DNA from: Podarcis vaucheri
Lineage: Eukaryota
Strand: one strand, 5' to 3'
Assembly (NCBI GenBank): GCA_965113315.1
Contig: OZ220364.1
Length of the DNA: 64,000 bases
Within the stretch, counting starts at the first letter, position 1. Every line of letters begins with the position of its first letter. Position numbers and translations under genes: made by a program. Below the pieces are notes generated by a model. The model ran no database searches. It was given only the letters and a program-made list of their open reading frames with translations, and was not told the DNA's origin. Below, one piece after another: positions 60,418 through 64,000 of this stretch.

Positions 60418-61330
60418 AGCAAGTAAGATGAGCCTGCAAGATCAGGCCAATGGCTTGTCCAGTCCAGCATCCTGTTCTCACAGTGGCCAACTGGATGGCC
60501 ATGGGAAACCCTCAAGCGAGACCCCAGCACAAGATCCCTTTCCCTCTCCGGTGGAATCCAGCAACCGAGATTCAGAGGCCTCCAAGTGTACACAAGCCTT
60601 GCCACCATGGCTGGTAGCACCGGCTAGGCTTATCCTTCATGACTTTGCCTAATCCAGTGTTTCCCAAACTTTTTTGGGCAACGGCACACCTGTTTACTGA
60701 AAAAAAATCTCGCGGCACACCACCATTAAAGCCCCGCCCCCGTGACGTCAGTGCGCAGCGTCACGCCGGGAGGGACGCACGAAAGTGAAAGTTTTTTCCC
60801 TCCCCCTTGCCGGGGAACCTCCAAGCTTTGGGGGTGGGAGGAGGCAGCAGAGCGAGGGACTGAGGGACGGCGGCAACTGAGGCGGCGGCGGCTGTTGTGG
60901 TGGTGGCGGCGATAGCGGGCGGAGGAGGGGGCGGCGGCTGGGCTTGAGGAGCCGTCGCCGGGAGTTGCTGCTGCTGTTGTTGCTGCTGCTGCCCGGACAT
61001 GCCGGCCTCCTCCTCCTCCGCTGTCTCGCGCTCCTCCCTTTTGCACGCGCTGCCCCGCCGCTCGGCACCACCACCGCGGAGCCGCCCCCGGCTCGACGCG
61101 GATCCTCGCCGCCGCCGCCTCTCACTGCCCGACTCACCCGCCTCCCTCCCACGGCACACCAGCCAATGTCTCACGGCACAGTAGTGTGCCGCGGAACACC
61201 GGTTGGGAAACACTGGCCTAATCCTCTTCTAAAGCCATCCAAGTTGGTGGTCGTTGGAGCGAGTGCCACAGCTTAACTACACAATGTGTGAAGTGCCGTT
61301 CTTCCATCTGTCCTGAATCTTCCAAGAATC
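60418..61330 (-). mobile_element. Old CR1-type 3' end interrupted by the hAT element
   Basis: taagatgagcctg...gatcaggccaatggc..gtccagcatcctgttctcacagtggcc, resuming ctcttctaaagccatccaag after the TSD. Confidence 0.6.
60655..61215. mobile_element. Non-autonomous hAT element carrying GC-rich cargo
   Basis: 13-bp TIR CAGTGTTTCCCAA/TTGGGAAACACTG, perfect 8-bp TSD GCCTAATC (60647-60654, 61216-61223), subterminal CGGCACA repeats at both ends. Confidence 0.92.
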
Positions 61331-61369
61331 TTCTGAATCTTCTCCATCTCCTCATCCTCCTTTTACCTC

Positions 61370-61795
61370 CTTGTCATAAAGGTCCAACCATATCCCTACA
61401 TGGTCTCCTGCTACTAATGTAATTAAATAACTTCTTTCTTGTTAGTCTTAATGCTTTCAGCAATGCGCACCTCAAATTCCTTTACGCATCCCTTACTGTG
61501 TGCATGCACCAAAGCTTTTGCTTCCTTCTTGTCCTTTTCATTTGGATAAGGCTTCCGTATTTTGAAAAGGGCCTCCTTAATAACTTCCTCAACACTGCTC
61601 TTTAATCATGCTGGCATCCTCTTGGCCCTCATGACATCGTTCCTGGTCTGCCACAAACATTCCTGCTGAGCTTCCAATATTGCATTTTTTTAACAACTTC
61701 TAAGCATTTTGGAGTGACTCAATCCTCTGGGCTTCATTTTCCTTTTTTATCAATCTCCTCACTTGGGGAAAGTTTCCTCTTTTGAAGTCAAATAT
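61370..61795 (-). mobile_element. Degenerate CR1 ORF2 fragment
   Basis: Minus strand FDFKRGNF..., NAILEAQ..., AESIKTNKK, with stops and frameshifts. Confidence 0.6.
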
Positions 61796-62430
61796 TGGGC
61801 CACACCACAATACTGTGCCGTGTTTTAAAGGAGGGGAGTTTGACGGCAAATCTTATCTGGACTGCAATATCCTGGGCCTCTGGGTGAATGGCCTATTTGC
61901 AACACTCATAAGCTTTTTCTTTTCTTTTCCAAATTTACTATAACAAAACCATCGTAATATCCCATGGACATAGAGCTATGCAACCAACCAGCAGAGAGGT
62001 TTTTTTATATTAATTGAAGCTACAGCTAGAAAAAGACCTTCAACTAGAGTTCCACCTGAAAACAAAATTAGGGGGGGTGGGGGTGATATTACATCTTTTG
62101 TTCCAACTTTTGACATAGAATTGGCACCCATTTCCACAGCCTTCAATGTGTACTGAAAACTGAACTGGACAAGCGGCATTACAGGTGTCATCTAGAGTTA
62201 CCTATGTATTTAAAAAAAAAAAAACGCTTAAAAAATTAAAGCAGACAGCTTTTCTCATCACGTCATCTGCATGCTGGGGAAAACGACACCTAGGGAATAT
62301 CTGTTTCAACCGGCAGAGAGCCCTGTCGGAAAACAGCTGGTAACTTTGGTCGAGGAAACCACACACCAGGTTTACCTTCTTTCATCTAGACAAGCTAACA
62401 GTTTTGGCCTTCAACTGGCAGGGCCACTGA

Positions 62431-62548
62431 CATGGGTGTAGCCGGGGGGGGCAACTCCCCCCCAAATCAATAAAAACACATAGCTAACTGAGGTCCTGCC
62501 CCCCCAACAAAAGGCCTGCCCCCCCCCCAAATCCTGGCTACGCCCACA
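62431..62548. mobile_element. Small hAT MITE
   Basis: tgggtgtagcc/ggctacgccca ends, 8-bp TSD GCCACTGA (62423-62430, 62549-62556). Confidence 0.8.
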
Positions 62549-64000
62549 GCCACTGACCCCAATTTTATGACCCAAGACTTGAGTGAATACAACCCTATAT
62601 AAAAGCTAAGCCGAGCTATGCAATCCCAGGCTCCCCTACTGACTGTACCCCCAAGTTTCTGCTATCAGAAAAATTCAAAATGGCCGCCATTCATTCCTTT
62701 GACAGCAGAAGACGCCGGTGAGAAAGGACGCAAAGTCCAAAAATGGATTGCAGGTTGCAGTTTGGTATAGGGGAGTGTCCTGGAAATATCAATGTCTAGC
62801 AGGTAGAAAAACCGCTACAAGAGACCCACGTTCACACCAAGCCTCCGTCACAGACCTGGTGTGTGGGCTTCTTGTTCTGAATGTGTGAGAATCTGGAACA
62901 AACACTAAAACATGCCTTAGGGAGATGTTCTGGGAACGACACCAAGGCGAGCGGACATCTGTTTTGCCACTTGGGAAAATGCCCCGCCACGCGGCAAGTA
63001 CCTGCGCAGCAGAGCTCTCAAGTCCCGTCCCGTCCCCCCGCTTCCCTTCTCATGAATCCCTTCTCAAGAGGCATGTTTTTCATTTATTCGTTGAAGACTG
63101 TTGTTCTACCGAAACAGGAACACTCACATTGGGTTTTTAATTGGACAGAAGGGGAAGGAAAGGATCGCACACCGCATTCTCTTCTACATTGGTCCTTAGC
63201 TCTAGGCTAGGTAGCAAACATTGGGCCTTCCGGGTTTTTGCTGAACGGCCAACTCCCAACACACCCCAGATTATTGGTCATGCTGGCTGAGGCCAATGAG
63301 AGTTGGGATTCCGACAATGTCTGGAGGGCACCCATGTTGACTACCCCTGCTTTGGCTGCCTCTCTCTGCTGCTTTAAACCAAGGGTGGGCAGACAAACGT
63401 CACAGCCTAATTTCATGTGGGTGGGTGGCCGGGAAAGGAGCAAAATGAGGGGGGGTGGAGATGAGAAGGCAGGGGGGGGAAAGGATGGTATCCCACCCAC
63501 TTTGGACTCGGATCCTACCCACTGCTAGCATGCAGCCCTAATGGTTACCCCCACCCAGGAATACAGCCCCCCCAGCAGGAGAAAAAAGTTCTCCATGTTT
63601 GATTTAACCCTCCTGTGTCAGCTATGGCCTATTCCTGGATGTGTCCAGCACAGCCATTCCTTATTCCACCCCCCCATCCGTTGGCTGGAGACGTGATAGT
63701 ACGTTGCGAACTCTATTTTCAAAATCCTTTTCCACCACCCCCCCACCTCCTGAAGTCATCTGAAAAGGGTATCAGGAAGGATGCCGCAAAGATAGGGAAA
63801 CAGTCCACAAGCAGGAATACAAAGACAGGGGATTTCAACTACTTTTGGCTAAAACAGAGATAACGACAGCTTCCTAAGAGCAGTTCAGCGACAGAATAAG
63901 CGGTCCGGAGGGGTTGCGGCATCTTCATTCCTTCAGTAATAATAAGAATGCCCCAAATGAGACTGACAAGTGGCGGCGATGCGTTAGGTACAAGGTCAGC

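Noticed and set aside
62676-62692. YY1-like site aaaatggccgccatt as a second promoter
   Set aside because: Isolated motif without a CpG island or other support.
54600-64000. THUMPD3 terminal exons
   Set aside because: No recognisable THUMP or methyltransferase peptide in the ORF track or by eye.

Overview
Vertebrate genomic DNA from a squamate reptile, probably a lacertid lizard (inferred from Sauria SINEs and tRNA-Lys/tRNA-Ile SINEs with CR1 tails). The window holds the 5' two-thirds of SETD5 on the minus strand. I traced 17 coding exons by hand from the ATG at 25906 to 3665: 2829 nt, 943 codons, phases consistent, all introns GT-AG except one GC-AG. The rest of the CDS lies left of the window or in the N gap. 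A CpG-island promoter, probably bidirectional, sits at about 53.4-54.6 kb. The rest is intronic or intergenic and dense in transposons: Sauria SINEs, CR1/L2/RTE fragments, Tc1-mariner MITEs with TA TSDs, hAT MITEs with 8-bp TSDs, and a solo LTR. Most interesting: (1) a young 561-bp hAT element with perfect TIRs/TSD that appears to carry a captured CpG-island gene start (promoter motifs plus an ATG-initiated polyQ/polyP ORF) about 7 kb upstream of SETD5; (2) several candidate dosage-control features in SETD5 (in-frame uORF, poison exon, cassette exon, alternative acceptor toggling the HCF-1-binding motif, GC donor, inverted SINEs around a 585-nt stop-free exon pair); (3) the positional equivalent of the ROSA26/THUMPD3-AS1 divergent transcript; (4) a near-perfect 46-bp intronic hairpin. 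Nearly all entries in the supplied ORF track are spurious or partial exon read-throughs. No searches were run; comparisons to other species are from recall and are flagged as such.
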